This document shows, one piece after another, positions 36,445-47,000 of a DNA stretch of 64,000 nucleotides; position 1 is the first letter of the stretch; each line of letters starts with the position of its first letter. Made by a program: the position numbers and the translations under genes. Source of the stretch: Escherichia phage vB_EcoM_G2494. The stretch lies in the sequence record MK327935.1; one strand, given 5' to 3'. The notes under the pieces are model-generated. The model searched no databases, was not told the origin of the DNA, and was given only the letters and a program-made list of their open reading frames with translations.

Positions 36445-37665
36445 TTATACTGCCATTTGAGCGGTGATCGCTGGATGGCTTTGATAGTTGTGAATTTTAA
36501 AGTCTTTCGGAGTCTTTGTCAATACCTCATCTAAAGATTTAAATTCCGGCAACTCAATTGTTGGTTTATCAAACGGAACACGGCTTAACTGTTCCATAAC
36601 TTGATCAAAGTGGTTTTTGTAAATGTGAGTATCTCCACCAGAGAAAATCAGTTCTCCTACCTCAAGATCACACATTTTCGCTATGATGTGAGTTAACAGC
36701 GCATAGCTGGCAACATTAAAGGGCAAGCCCAAAAAGCTGTCTACGCTTCGCTGAAACCACATACAAGACAGTTTACCTTCATTGACGTAGAATTGCACGA
36801 AAGGATGACATACACCTAATACAGCATTATGTGTTCCTTGTACGTTCCATGAGTCAATAATGATCCGGCGATCCGTTGGATTATTTTTAATTTGTTCAAT
36901 CACGTTTTGTAACTGGTCTTCCCAAATCTTCGGGCGATAGACATATTCTTCATCGTCTTTAGGGCTTGATGTGTCTACATCCATACTAACAAAGATCGTG
37001 GTATCAGGTGCTAAAATGTCACCGCCCAGATATTCATTATCAAACAGATAACCGAAATAACCATCATCTACCCATTCCTGGAATCCCCACAAGCAATATG
37101 CATCATTAACAAAATTAGATTGAGTCTTCCAGTGATCTGCTACCAGAATATAATCAAACTCTTCATAACGCATACCACGCCAGATAGCACATAAACGGTC
37201 TTCTGTTTCATTGGTTGGCGTAAAGTCTTCTACCCACGGGTGTTTAAATGTATGTGTATATTTGCTCTTAACGCGCTTAATTTTGATTTCACCGTGTGGA
37301 TGAATCGGTTTGCGTCGCCATGCCATACCATACATATTGCCGACATTATAACCATTGAATCGCAAAGGATTCTTTTCTTTCATATCAAGACAGTTGCCGC
37401 GCCAAATGTCGAAGGCTTCTTCGTCAAACTTACCGCGTGTAATTTCCTGTAAGCGACGGCGGTCAAGTGATCCCTCCATAAACCATAGCAATTCACCAAT
37501 TACAGAGGCTGTAGCCATCTTTTTAGTGGTCAGTAAGGGGAAACCCTTGCTTAAGTCAATTCGCATTTCTGCACCGAATTTAGAGAGCGTACCTATCCCC
37601 GTTCGGTCTTCACGAGGCCAGCCATTATCAAGAACATCACGCAACAGTTTCAAATATTCTTTCAT
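36445..37665 (-). CDS. td: thymidylate synthase with ~120-aa in-frame insertion
   Basis: ThyA motifs DRTGIGT, catalytic Cys in LGVCHPF, MWFQRSVDSFLGLPFN; 406 aa versus T4 Td 286 aa. Confidence 0.8.
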   Translation of the reverse strand: MKEYLKLLRDVLDNGWPREDRTGIGTLSKFGAEMRIDLSKGFPLLTTKKMATASVIGELLWFMEGSLDRRRLQEITRGKFDEEAFDIWRGNCLDMKEKNPLRFNGYNVGNMYGMAWRRKPIHPHGEIKIKRVKSKYTHTFKHPWVEDFTPTNETEDRLCAIWRGMRYEEFDYILVADHWKTQSNFVNDAYCLWGFQEWVDDGYFGYLFDNEYLGGDILAPDTTIFVSMDVDTSSPKDDEEYVYRPKIWEDQLQNVIEQIKNNPTDRRIIIDSWNVQGTHNAVLGVCHPFVQFYVNEGKLSCMWFQRSVDSFLGLPFNVASYALLTHIIAKMCDLEVGELIFSGGDTHIYKNHFDQVMEQLSRVPFDKPTIELPEFKSLDEVLTKTPKDFKIHNYQSHPAITAQMAV

Positions 37666-37999
37666 CCCACATCACCTTTTTCTTATTGATTGCTTTCTTA
37701 CGCAGTTTTGCTACTGTCTCGTCAATATCGATAAAGACAACGCCACGGTCGAATACAGTAGCAGGTCTTGAGATATCGCTATTTTCTTGCACAGGAAGCC
37801 ATGATGCGCTCGCTTCATCATAGAGATATTATAAACCGTAATAATCTACGGCTACTGCGTAGTTTTCACTGGTAGCCGTCCATAATTGAATAATACCGAC
37901 TTTCATTATTGTTCCCGTCCGCAATGTAAGCACCGACTACCAGCAAACATTAAAGATTCACCACAATGTTTGCACTCATAATCTGTCAGAATTTTCATG

Positions 38000-38581
38000 T
38001 TACGCCTTCTTACGTTCTAAAATTTGTTCGCTGATCAGGTAATTATCAAGGAAGTAATTATGTTCTTCTTTGGTTACAAAGTCAAAATACAATTCCTGAA
38101 TCATTTCCTTAGATATACCAACATCATATTCAAATGGATCGTTGATCCCTGAACGTTGAACATACGTTAACACAATACGGTCCGCAAAGTCAACTGCTTT
38201 TTCAATCAGGGAAGGTCCGCCAATAACGCTTACCAAACCTTGCAATTTCTCTATGACTTCTAATAATTCCTTCAATCCACCATCATTAGTAATCGCGGTA
38301 TACACATCTGGTTGGTCGCCGTTTTTTGCTTTCGGTGCTGGCTTACTGGTATCGGTGCTAACAACCACATTCACACGGCCTTCCAGTGCTTTAGGTAGAC
38401 TTTCAAAGGTATTACGTCCCATTACAACCGCCGCAAGATCAACATCTCCCATAGTGCGCATTTTAAAGTTTTCCATGTCTTTTTTGATTGGACGTCCCCA
38501 CGGTAAACCGCCTTTAAAACCAAAAGCCCAATTTTCATCTGACATTTTAGTATCACCAATCGCAAATACACATTGAATCAT
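38000..38581 (-). CDS. frd: dihydrofolate reductase
   Basis: 193 aa; FGFKGGLPWGRP and GRNTF motifs of DHFR. Confidence 0.8.
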   Translation of the reverse strand: MIQCVFAIGDTKMSDENWAFGFKGGLPWGRPIKKDMENFKMRTMGDVDLAAVVMGRNTFESLPKALEGRVNVVVSTDTSKPAPKAKNGDQPDVYTAITNDGGLKELLEVIEKLQGLVSVIGGPSLIEKAVDFADRIVLTYVQRSGINDPFEYDVGISKEMIQELYFDFVTKEEHNYFLDNYLISEQILERKKA

Positions 38582-38596
38582 AATATAAATCTCCCA

Positions 38597-38926
38597 TCAA
38601 ATCAGTTTGAAATAGTTTTCATTTACATTTTCTTCTGTGATTGCTGTCTTAAATTCTTGACCGTTATCCGGTGTGATGAAATAACGGTCTGAATAATCAC
38701 GAAAACGTTTTAAGTGAGATACCCCAACATTAACACCATGTTCCCAAAAACGAAAGGTAATCATTTTTGGTTCATATCGATAGTCGCTGGTCAACACAGT
38801 ACCATCACCGCGACGGGCTTCATAAACCGTAATACATTCACGATTGGCGGCTTTTAGGCATTCTTCAATAGTGCCGCACGAGATAATACTTACTTTTTCA
38901 TCTACGATTTGTTCTACAGTCCACAT
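38597..38926 (-). CDS. hypothetical protein (109 aa)
   Basis: ORF downstream of frd. Confidence 0.5.
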   Translation of the reverse strand: MWTVEQIVDEKVSIISCGTIEECLKAANRECITVYEARRGDGTVLTSDYRYEPKMITFRFWEHGVNVGVSHLKRFRDYSDRYFITPDNGQEFKTAITEENVNENYFKLI

Positions 38927-38981
38927 AATATAATCCTCTCTTTGTTTCGATGTTTGTATTATACATCATCTGTGTTCGGCG

Positions 38982-39311
38982 TCAACCTTTTTGTTCCATG
39001 AAAAGCGGTGCTGTTTCTTCTTTCAGTTTAATAACTAGCGCGGAAACTTCATCAAGAAAATCTTTTTCCATATGAGCAAGCATTGATTTAGAATCTTTGA
39101 TGACTTTCAAAGAATATTCACTTAGATTTCCTTTTCCTAACAATAATGCAGGATACACACTATGTGGGATCTCGATTTCATGATATTCACTCATAGTATA
39201 ATATTTGTGAATTTTTAAATCTATATTTCTTCGTTGTACGTCTACATCAGCAATGACATACAGACGTTCGATTTTATCACTTTTTTGAGAAAGGGTAGCA
39301 TTCAAAAACAT
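38982..39311 (-). CDS. hypothetical protein (109 aa)
   Basis: ORF with cassette promoter upstream. Confidence 0.5.
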   Translation of the reverse strand: MFLNATLSQKSDKIERLYVIADVDVQRRNIDLKIHKYYTMSEYHEIEIPHSVYPALLLGKGNLSEYSLKVIKDSKSMLAHMEKDFLDEVSALVIKLKEETAPLFMEQKG

Positions 39312-39429
39312 TGTTAATCCTCCGTTGTTTCGATGTGTGTATTATACATTACCGCGCCAGCATGTCAATATATTTTTCATAAAAATTTAGGTAATAAAAA
39401 AGCCCCCCGAAGGAAGGCTTTAAAATTCA

Positions 39430-40404
39430 TTACATCCCTAACAGAGCGTCAAGATCATCCAGATCAGAAGCGGAGGAAGTACCGCCACCCAGATCCAGCG
39501 ATGCCATCAGGTCATCAGCGGAAGAATCTAACGCCGTGCTAGCTGCGTTAATACCAACTACAGTGCTAGCTGCGTTAATACCAGCATCGAATGCATTCAT
39601 CTGTGCGTCAAAATCGTCAAGCTGGCTGTTAATCGCTGCCGCAGCACTGAAAGCCACAGCACCAGCTACCATAGAAACGCCCATAGTTTTCTTAAATTTG
39701 GTTTCCAGTTCATCGAACGGTTTAAACTGGCTAGGTGCTACAATCTCACTCAGATCAACCATGTTTTCCATCAGATATTTCTGATATGCTTCGTCTTCAA
39801 TTTTCGGAAGCTGTGATTGCTGCATGAAACGAGAATCATCATAGTTCTGGTGTTTATCAACCTTCTTAGCTTTCAGGAGGAAGTTAGCACCGGAGAACAC
39901 ACAAGTTACATCTACCGGAACTTCGCCCATGTCGGTATTCACGTTCACCATTGCAACGATCTTATCATAAATTTTCTGACCGAAGCGGAATTTGAATACC
40001 TTACCTTCATTTTCTGGTGCTTGAGGATCTTTCAGTACCAGAATATTTGCGTAGTAAGACGCTTTACGCTTAATCAGTTGCCATTCGGTTTTATCGGTAT
40101 TGTACAGGTCTTTTTCGTTAATATATTTGCACACAGGGCAAGAATCAAAATCACCGTGGGTGCTGGAGCAGTTTTCCCAATACCATTTGCCATTAACTTT
40201 GAAGGAATGGTTTACCAGTTTCACAATCGGCAGACCGTCTTCTGTCTTAGGCGGCAGGAAGCGAATCAGGGCTTCACCGTTACCTGCTGCATCAGTCTTA
40301 ATCTTCCACTCTTTCGGATCTTCTTTGGAGAAACCGTTGCCACCTTTCAGTGCGGCCAGTTGAGCTTGCAGTTTGGAGCTATCTTGACGACGAAACATGT
40401 TCAT
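39430..40404 (-). CDS. 32: single-stranded DNA-binding protein gp32
   Basis: KGGNGFSKEDPKEWKIK, GNGEALIRFLP, CSSTHGDFDSCPVCKY Zn site match T4 gp32. Confidence 0.9.
   Translation of the reverse strand: MNMFRRQDSSKLQAQLAALKGGNGFSKEDPKEWKIKTDAAGNGEALIRFLPPKTEDGLPIVKLVNHSFKVNGKWYWENCSSTHGDFDSCPVCKYINEKDLYNTDKTEWQLIKRKASYYANILVLKDPQAPENEGKVFKFRFGQKIYDKIVAMVNVNTDMGEVPVDVTCVFSGANFLLKAKKVDKHQNYDDSRFMQQSQLPKIEDEAYQKYLMENMVDLSEIVAPSQFKPFDELETKFKKTMGVSMVAGAVAFSAAAAINSQLDDFDAQMNAFDAGINAASTVVGINAASTALDSSADDLMASLDLGGGTSSASDLDDLDALLGM
39536..39589. repeat. in-frame 27-bp tandem duplication within gene 32 C-terminal region
   Basis: GTGCTAGCTGCGTTAATACCA repeated with 27-bp period (encodes GINAAST twice). 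Confidence 0.8.
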
Positions 40405-40464
40405 AATTATACCTCTTTATACATTAACTATTGATTAATTTACGTTTTATACTATATCAGATAC

Positions 40465-41061
40465 TTAATTGCTTGTCAATACTTTATCAATTATATCTAA
40501 CAGTTTTGGCTTTCTATTTTCAAATTCTAACATCTCTTCGGGAGAAATGTCAACTACTTCTGTTTTGTTGAAAAAGTTTGGGTCTATAGCATCAGCAACA
40601 AAGTTTCTCGCAAGTGCTGCCGCTTTCTCATGAACATATATTCCCAAATATATCAACTTCTTTCTTTCGACCTGAATATTGGCAACATATTTACCATCTC
40701 GTTTATAAAGACTAACACCGATATATTCAGACGATCGACCTTTCTGTTTACCCATATTTCTTGAGTTTTGTTGCTCGTTCGCATCTCTCAAGTTTTCAAT
40801 CCGATTATCTGTTATAATTCGGTTAACATGGTCAACGTATTTTGGCATGTATCCATGATGCATAAAGAAAATTATTCTATGCTCTTTATGATGTTTACCA
40901 TCGATACACACCAATCTGTATCCATGACTAGGATTAACTCCACCCGCTCTAGATCCGACTTTATGCTTTCTGTTTGTCGATATCTTGCGAATCAGCTTAC
41001 CGTTATCATATTTAAAGAGTTCATGACAACGAGCATACAATTCAGGATCATATGTTTTCAC
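40465..41061 (-). mobile_element. HNH-AP2 homing endonuclease between genes 32 and 59
   Basis: HNH region HRIIFFMHHG...HVNRIITDN plus AP2-like EYIGVSLYKRDGKYVANI...GIYVHEKAAALARN. Confidence 0.7.
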
Positions 41062-41725
41062 CTTTTAACCTCGATATTTCTTTACACTCTTTAACTACTT
41101 TAACAAATAATGCTCTTGCTTTTGCGGCGTCAATAACAAGTAGTTTCTTGTACGCCTTCATTTTAACACTATAAGTTTGCCAAATCAAGTCTTTGGCTAC
41201 CTTGTCGTGTTCGTCGATTATATTTAGAAAGCTATCTAACAACATAAACGACTCAAACGATATAATCCGATTTTGCAGTAGTTTAAAGATACCGCTAGTT
41301 TCGGTTGCGGGATTGTATGTAATTAGCTCTTTAAGAGTAACCCCGCGTTTCTCGGAGAAGTATACCAGACTTTTAATGTCATCGTCAAATCGTGTTGCTG
41401 CATCGGTTATCTTTCCTATGTATTCCATATAAAAGCCGTATGCGTCAACATCAGTGATTTCACCTACCCATGCATCGGTATTAGCTACCAGATTGCTTAG
41501 GAATAGGAAGTATAATTCTCTTAGATTGTACTTTTCCGCTAATTTTGCGAAATAATACTTATCTCTGCGTTTATTGAATGCGGCATCAGACAACCGCATC
41601 CTCCAATTGTATTTTACGCAATCATAACGCCCGTTCATATGAGCTTTCATCATGCAATATAACATATACACAGATTTAGCATTAATTCGCATATCTGGTT
41701 CTGGAGGAAGACGGTTTCTGATCAT
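41048..41725 (-). CDS. 59: helicase loader gp59
   Basis: KSVYMLYCMMKAHMNGRYDCVKYNWRMRLSDAAFNKRRDKYYF matches T4 gp59. Confidence 0.9.
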   Translation of the reverse strand: MIRNRLPPEPDMRINAKSVYMLYCMMKAHMNGRYDCVKYNWRMRLSDAAFNKRRDKYYFAKLAEKYNLRELYFLFLSNLVANTDAWVGEITDVDAYGFYMEYIGKITDAATRFDDDIKSLVYFSEKRGVTLKELITYNPATETSGIFKLLQNRIISFESFMLLDSFLNIIDEHDKVAKDLIWQTYSVKMKAYKKLLVIDAAKARALFVKVVKECKEISRLKGENI

Positions 41726-41734
41726 ACATACCCC

Positions 41735-42004
41735 TTAAATATCGAGAGTGTTGGTCGGTTCGTCGATCACTCCCTTCCTGAGTGTTCTATTTACTATACA
41801 TTCTTGTGTGATCTTGTCAATAATGGACACCGGAATATACTTCTGATAGTGACCATATTCTATAGAGTTTTCCTCTACAAACTGAGTGGTCGCTTCAAGA
41901 TAAGTCAATCCCTCTTCAACAACCAGTTTTTCGATTGCAAGACCGTTTGCTGTTTTGTTCGCGGCTTTTACCGCATGTTCATTAAGCATTGAACACCCGA
42001 TCAT
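41735..42004 (-). CDS. 33: late transcription accessory protein gp33
   Basis: LTYLEATTQFVEENSIE...NTLD matches T4 gp33. Confidence 0.8.
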   Translation of the reverse strand: MIGCSMLNEHAVKAANKTANGLAIEKLVVEEGLTYLEATTQFVEENSIEYGHYQKYIPVSIIDKITQECIVNRTLRKGVIDEPTNTLDI

Positions 42005-42257
42005 AGAGTTCTACCGCTTCGTCGCGTTCTGCTTCGAAGGTTTCGCGCTGTTGCTGGTGATACAGTTTAAACAGAATGCCCCACATTTTACCATCTACGC
42101 CTAATTCTTCTTTAGCACGCTGTTTGATCTCTTTGATCTTATCGCCGTATGCTTCTTGAATGGTTTTCTGATCGCTGGCTTCTTTAATCAGTTGTGCCAG
42201 GGTATTTCCGTGTACATTTTCATCGAATACTACTTTTTCTTTTTTCTGTTCAGTCAT
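41982..42257 (-). CDS. dsbA: dsDNA-binding protein DsbA-like
   Basis: 91 aa, position between 33 and rnh. Confidence 0.55.
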   Translation of the reverse strand: MTEQKKEKVVFDENVHGNTLAQLIKEASDQKTIQEAYGDKIKEIKQRAKEELGVDGKMWGILFKLYHQQQRETFEAERDEAVELYDRVFNA

Positions 42258-42262
42258 AATAT

Positions 42263-42661
42263 TTAACCCTCTTTCGTCATTAATTGAAAACCACGTTCAG
42301 CTTTTGAGATTTCGCTAGGACTTAAATCGTCACCCACATATTCTAGCATCATTTCTCGGATAATGTCAAGTGCTTTTTCATCACCTGATTTTAACTCGAA
42401 CTCAAGTTCATAGTGAGCATCTCCCATGACTTCGCCGACTTTGCAATAATAGAAAGTGTCTTTGCACATTTCCACTATAGCACCCTCAAGGTCAAGTGTC
42501 AATGACTTGCGGTATGTCCTTACTTGCAATAAAGGAACGATAAGGTCGGAGTTTACGCCTAGACTATCAACATAATGATAGAAATCATCCATTGTTGAAA
42601 AAGTGATTTCTTCTCGGTTGAATAGTCCAGATTCACGATCACCTATTTTGAGCATGATCAA
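42263..42661 (-). CDS. hypothetical protein (132 aa)
   Basis: ORF. Confidence 0.5.
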   Translation of the reverse strand: MIMLKIGDRESGLFNREEITFSTMDDFYHYVDSLGVNSDLIVPLLQVRTYRKSLTLDLEGAIVEMCKDTFYYCKVGEVMGDAHYELEFELKSGDEKALDIIREMMLEYVGDDLSPSEISKAERGFQLMTKEG

Positions 42662-42858
42662 TGATCTATTAACGTCAAGTCTAGATAAATTCCTTTTCGA
42701 CGCAGTGCATGATCTTCGTTATCATAATAAAATTCGTGTTTTAGTGTGTTAGCATGATCTACGATATTGTACCCGTCATACATTGCTACCCACAAATCAC
42801 AGATTGTTTCGACGCCAATTTGTGAGTGTGCATAGTATTTTAATTCAAGTTCTTTCAT
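42658..42858 (-). CDS. hypothetical protein (66 aa)
   Basis: ORF. Confidence 0.45.
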   Translation of the reverse strand: MKELELKYYAHSQIGVETICDLWVAMYDGYNIVDHANTLKHEFYYDNEDHALRRKGIYLDLTLIDH

Positions 42859-42868
42859 ATGTCAACCC

Positions 42869-43816
42869 TTAGAACTCACCAATTTTCTGCAACATTTTAA
42901 CTAACGCATTTGTTACAAAATAGTTATAAATTTTACCGCGTGGTGCTGGTTTAGATTTTTCCCATGCTAACAAAATTTCATATTCGATGTTATCAGGAAT
43001 AAATTCAAAATCAATAAGTTCGCGGTTTTCGTCAAAGCGTCGTGCTTCTTCCTCTGTCATCAAAGACTTTGGATCTTCGGCATCGAAAATTTGCTCTAAC
43101 CATTTGGTTGCAATTGGTTTAGCTCGTTCCCCTTCCAGTCGTGAGATAATGAAATCACTACGGCACTTGATCGAAGCTACACCGTCTTTTGCGTCACCCT
43201 TAACACATTTTACCATCAGGTCTTTGTAAGGGCTACCATATTTGCATTTCTTCCATGCTTTCTGTACTGGCGCCCACTGTTTCACGTTTTTGTATTTGTG
43301 CAACTGTGTGTAGTCACCATCACCTGAGTTGATCAGCACCTGGCGACCTTCGACAGAAAACTTTTTAGTTAATACAGCGATTATATCATCTGCTTCAACT
43401 TTGTCAACCTTAATAACGTGATAAGGCATGTTCTCTTTAAACTCTTCGGTGATCTTATTGATCGCAGCAAAGATCATCTCCCAATCACGCGGATCTGCGT
43501 CTCGTTTTTCCTTACGGTTGCGTTTATAGTAAGGGGCGATATCACGTCGCCAGTAACCTTTACTTGAATCAAAGGCAAGTACCGTAATTGGGTATTGCTC
43601 TTTGAATTTTGTCATATTATAACGCATGGTGTCAAGGATAAGATGACGGATCATGCCTTCATTAATAGGGTCTTCCGGTTTAAAGGTATGCGAGATAGTA
43701 GCAATCATAAGCTGCGACATATCAATCAAATGCACACCTTCCGGTAGTTTATCTTCTGGATCATCAAAGAAATCATTAAGTGTAGCGATAGTTTTTGTAA
43801 ACGGGTTATACGTCAT
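42869..43816 (-). CDS. rnh: RNase H (5'-3' flap exonuclease)
   Basis: GYWRRD, YKRNRKEKR, EADDIIAVL, KGDAKDGVASIKCRSDF match T4 RNase H. Confidence 0.9.
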   Translation of the reverse strand: MTYNPFTKTIATLNDFFDDPEDKLPEGVHLIDMSQLMIATISHTFKPEDPINEGMIRHLILDTMRYNMTKFKEQYPITVLAFDSSKGYWRRDIAPYYKRNRKEKRDADPRDWEMIFAAINKITEEFKENMPYHVIKVDKVEADDIIAVLTKKFSVEGRQVLINSGDGDYTQLHKYKNVKQWAPVQKAWKKCKYGSPYKDLMVKCVKGDAKDGVASIKCRSDFIISRLEGERAKPIATKWLEQIFDAEDPKSLMTEEEARRFDENRELIDFEFIPDNIEYEILLAWEKSKPAPRGKIYNYFVTNALVKMLQKIGEF

Positions 43817-43818
43817 AA

Positions 43819-44004
43819 TTAAGTTCTCTCCACTCTCACAACAACAGACTCATCAAACGAGCTAGATACTTCACGATCATACCCGTATTTCTCCATAACT
43901 CGCAGAATTGCATTGTTTAATTCGGCACGGAAATAATTGTAATCCTTATCTGGGATTCTGTCAACTACCCATTTTGCACCATCTGACAAATCAACTTTAA
44001 CCAT
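43819..44004 (-). CDS. hypothetical protein (61 aa)
   Basis: ORF. Confidence 0.45.
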   Translation of the reverse strand: MVKVDLSDGAKWVVDRIPDKDYNYFRAELNNAILRVMEKYGYDREVSSSFDESVVVRVERT

Positions 44005-44042
44005 AATATATCATCCTCTTTTGTTTCTATCAAGCCTTATTT

Positions 44043-44050
44043 TATAAATA
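44043..44050 (+). promoter_or_regulatory. T4-type late promoter TATAAATA upstream of gene 34
   Basis: exact TATAAATA 29 nt upstream of ATG; AAGGAG RBS. Confidence 0.65.
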
Positions 44051-44078
44051 TGAACATACTATAAAAGGAGACCCAATA

Positions 44079-47000
44079 ATGGCAGATTTTTCTCAACATT
44101 TCAAGGCCACATTTGGCTTTGACGCTGGTAATGAAAAGGTCGTCAATGTAGCATTGGCTGATAAGAATGTCAACACCGATGCGGTCAACGTTGAATTTTT
44201 CAATTACCATAATGGTATTACTCAGTATGACACAACTCGCGGTTATGATCAATACGGAACTACAATCTATCAAAACCGCCCGTATTATGCAAAAGAAGAT
44301 ATCGCAAAACCAGCAGGTGACTTTGACCCGACTAAATGGCAAGCACTGCGCACGGACCCACGTTGGGATTATGTTGCAGCAACTTCCGGCGATACTCCTT
44401 TAAAGTCCGGTGATTATATCGCAGCGGACTGTCAGTTTGCAAACTTGACATTCTCAATGCCTACTAATCCGGCAGAGGGCGACACTATAACAGTAAAAGA
44501 TATCGGTGGCAAGTGTGGTGTTAATGAGTTATCGTTCCTTGCGGCTGGTCATGAGTTCTATCATAACGGTAATGTGTATAACCGCAAATGGTATTGCACT
44601 ACCCCGTATGCAATGAACTATTTCATCTTTGTTCGTAATCGTTGGCATGTTTATCAGACAGGAACAGAGCCACGCGGTGTGTACGCACAGCCAGCGATTG
44701 ATGCTATTCAAATGCAGAATGGTGATCAGGTATTCCGCCGTAGTTCTTTGGGTAACATTGTTTTGATGCTTCCTAAGTTTGCTAATAACGGTGATATGAT
44801 CCAGACTACCGATCTTGACGGATTGACTGCAACCAACCATGTTACGGTAAAAGTGCATGAAGGTGCGCAAGAACAATCGATCGGTACTTTCGGGGTAAAA
44901 GAAATTGTTGGTAAGCGTAGCGGTCATGGTGTATTCATATTTGACAAACCGGAAAACTTATGGCGTTTGTGGGATGGTGATCAGTCTGTTCGCTTGAATC
45001 CTATCATTAGTGATACTCGCTTATCCCCTAATAGCTATGTTGCAGTATTTGGTGATCGTGATGTTACCTTGACTTTACCGACCAATGTCGAGCCGGGTGA
45101 TCGCATTCAAGTTTCTATGCAGTATATGCACGGAAACCAGACTTGCCGAATCATTACCTCAGAAGAGGATACAAAAATCCTTATGCAGAAAAACATGGTT
45201 CAGTTTCCTAAGCGTAGCGAGTACCCATTCAATGGGACCGATACATGGAGTGGAGTGTCTGAATTGTCTTTCAACGCTGCAAATGATTATGTACCTTATC
45301 TGGAGTTCTCTTATTCAGAAGGTGATGATGGTAAGAAATACTGGTTGGTGGCACATGCTCACCCGATTGTAGAACGAGTAGATCCGACTCGTAAAGATCG
45401 TGTTGGTGTAATTGCACTGGCTACCCAGGATGAAACAAACAAAAACCATGAAGATAATCCTAGCGACGAAGTTGCGGTGACTCCAAAGGTTCTGGCTAAT
45501 AAAACAGCCAACGAAACTCGACGCGGTATTGCTCGCATTGCAACTCAAGCGGAAACGCATCAAGATACTGGTTCCAGCTTCCTGGATGATGTTATCGTTA
45601 CGCCTAAAAAGTTAAATGATTGTGTTGCTACCGAAGCCCGTCGTGGTGTAATGGAAATTGCAACTCAACATGAAACCAACGAAGGTTTAGACGATACTCG
45701 CGCAATAACTCCTAAGAAGTTAGAAGAACGTCGCGCTTCCGAAGATCTCGCTGGTATTGCTGAAATTGTTCAGGTTGGCGGTAGTGCTTCCGCTCGACGT
45801 GGCGAAGCTGGTACAGGGATCTATAACATCAACGACCATGCTAAAATTGTTACGCCACAAAACATCAACGAAGTCAAGGCGACCGAAACTTCCCGTGGTG
45901 TTGGCTATCTGGCAACTGACGCGGAAGTGCAAGGGGCTACAGAATCAACCCCGCAAGATGCTTTACTAATCACGACTCGCACGCTAACGAAGCGTACTGC
46001 TACAGAATCGCGTACTGGTATCGCTGAAATTGCAACTCAGGAAGAAACAAACTTAGGTCAAAGTGATAACCATATCATCACGCCTAAAAAGCTGCATAAT
46101 CGCCGCGCAACGGAAACTTTACACGGTTTAGCAGAAATTGCAACTCAGTCGGAATTTGACGCAGGTCGTGACGATGCTCGCATTTCTACCCCATTGAAGA
46201 TTAAAACCTTCTTTGAGAATGCACAGCGTTTGAAAGTAGATCCGACTCAGGGGCTTAACCTTACGGGTGACTTGTGGCAAGGTATCATGATCAGCGGTCT
46301 TGATGCAACCGAAGACACAAAAGGTGTCGCTAAAGTTGCTACTACTCAGCTTACGGATGTTGGTCAAGATGATACTACAATCATCACTCCTAAAAAGCTG
46401 CAAGGCAAAAAGGCCACCGAAGGTAAAGAAGGTATTATCCGAGTTGGTACTCAAGCCGAAACCGTGGCTGGTACACTGGCTAATGTAGCAATTTCTCCGA
46501 AGAACTTCAAATATGTTGTTCAGACAGAGGATACATGGAAAGCAACCGAAGCGCGTCGTGGATTCTTGAAAGTTGCTACTCAGGAAAACTGTTTTGTTGG
46601 TGATAATCTGCAAGGTTCTACTCAAGAACTAGGAAACTACCAGCATGACGGAATTGCTGTTACTCCGAAAGGATTAAACTACGCACTTGCTAATTTCTTA
46701 CCTAAGATGGCAACCGCTCAGAATAGTTTGAAATTGGGTAACGTAGAGGCCGCTAAATGGGCGCGTAGAGACATTGACCAGATCATAGAGAGCAATTACA
46801 CGTTTAATAAAAACGTTAACGTGAAGGGCGATTTAGAGTGCTTAAAATCTGGTTCCTTTGAAACTCTGTCTGTGACTAAGAACTCTACTGATGATCTGAG
46901 TAATGGTCATCTGGTGTTGGGTGAGCGTGGAGTTGACGGTCACACCGGAATTACTCTGCATGGCACAACCGCATCGGAAGGTATGGAAAACTCATGGTCT

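Noticed and set aside
36445-37665. Possible group I intron or intein in td (T4 td carries an intron)
   Set aside because: The reading frame is continuous through all conserved ThyA blocks, and the extra segment lacks intein boundary residues; treated as an in-frame insertion.
39817-40434. 205-aa plus-strand ORF antisense to gene 32
   Set aside because: Overlaps the strongly supported gp32 gene on the other strand; no RBS or promoter; shadow ORF.
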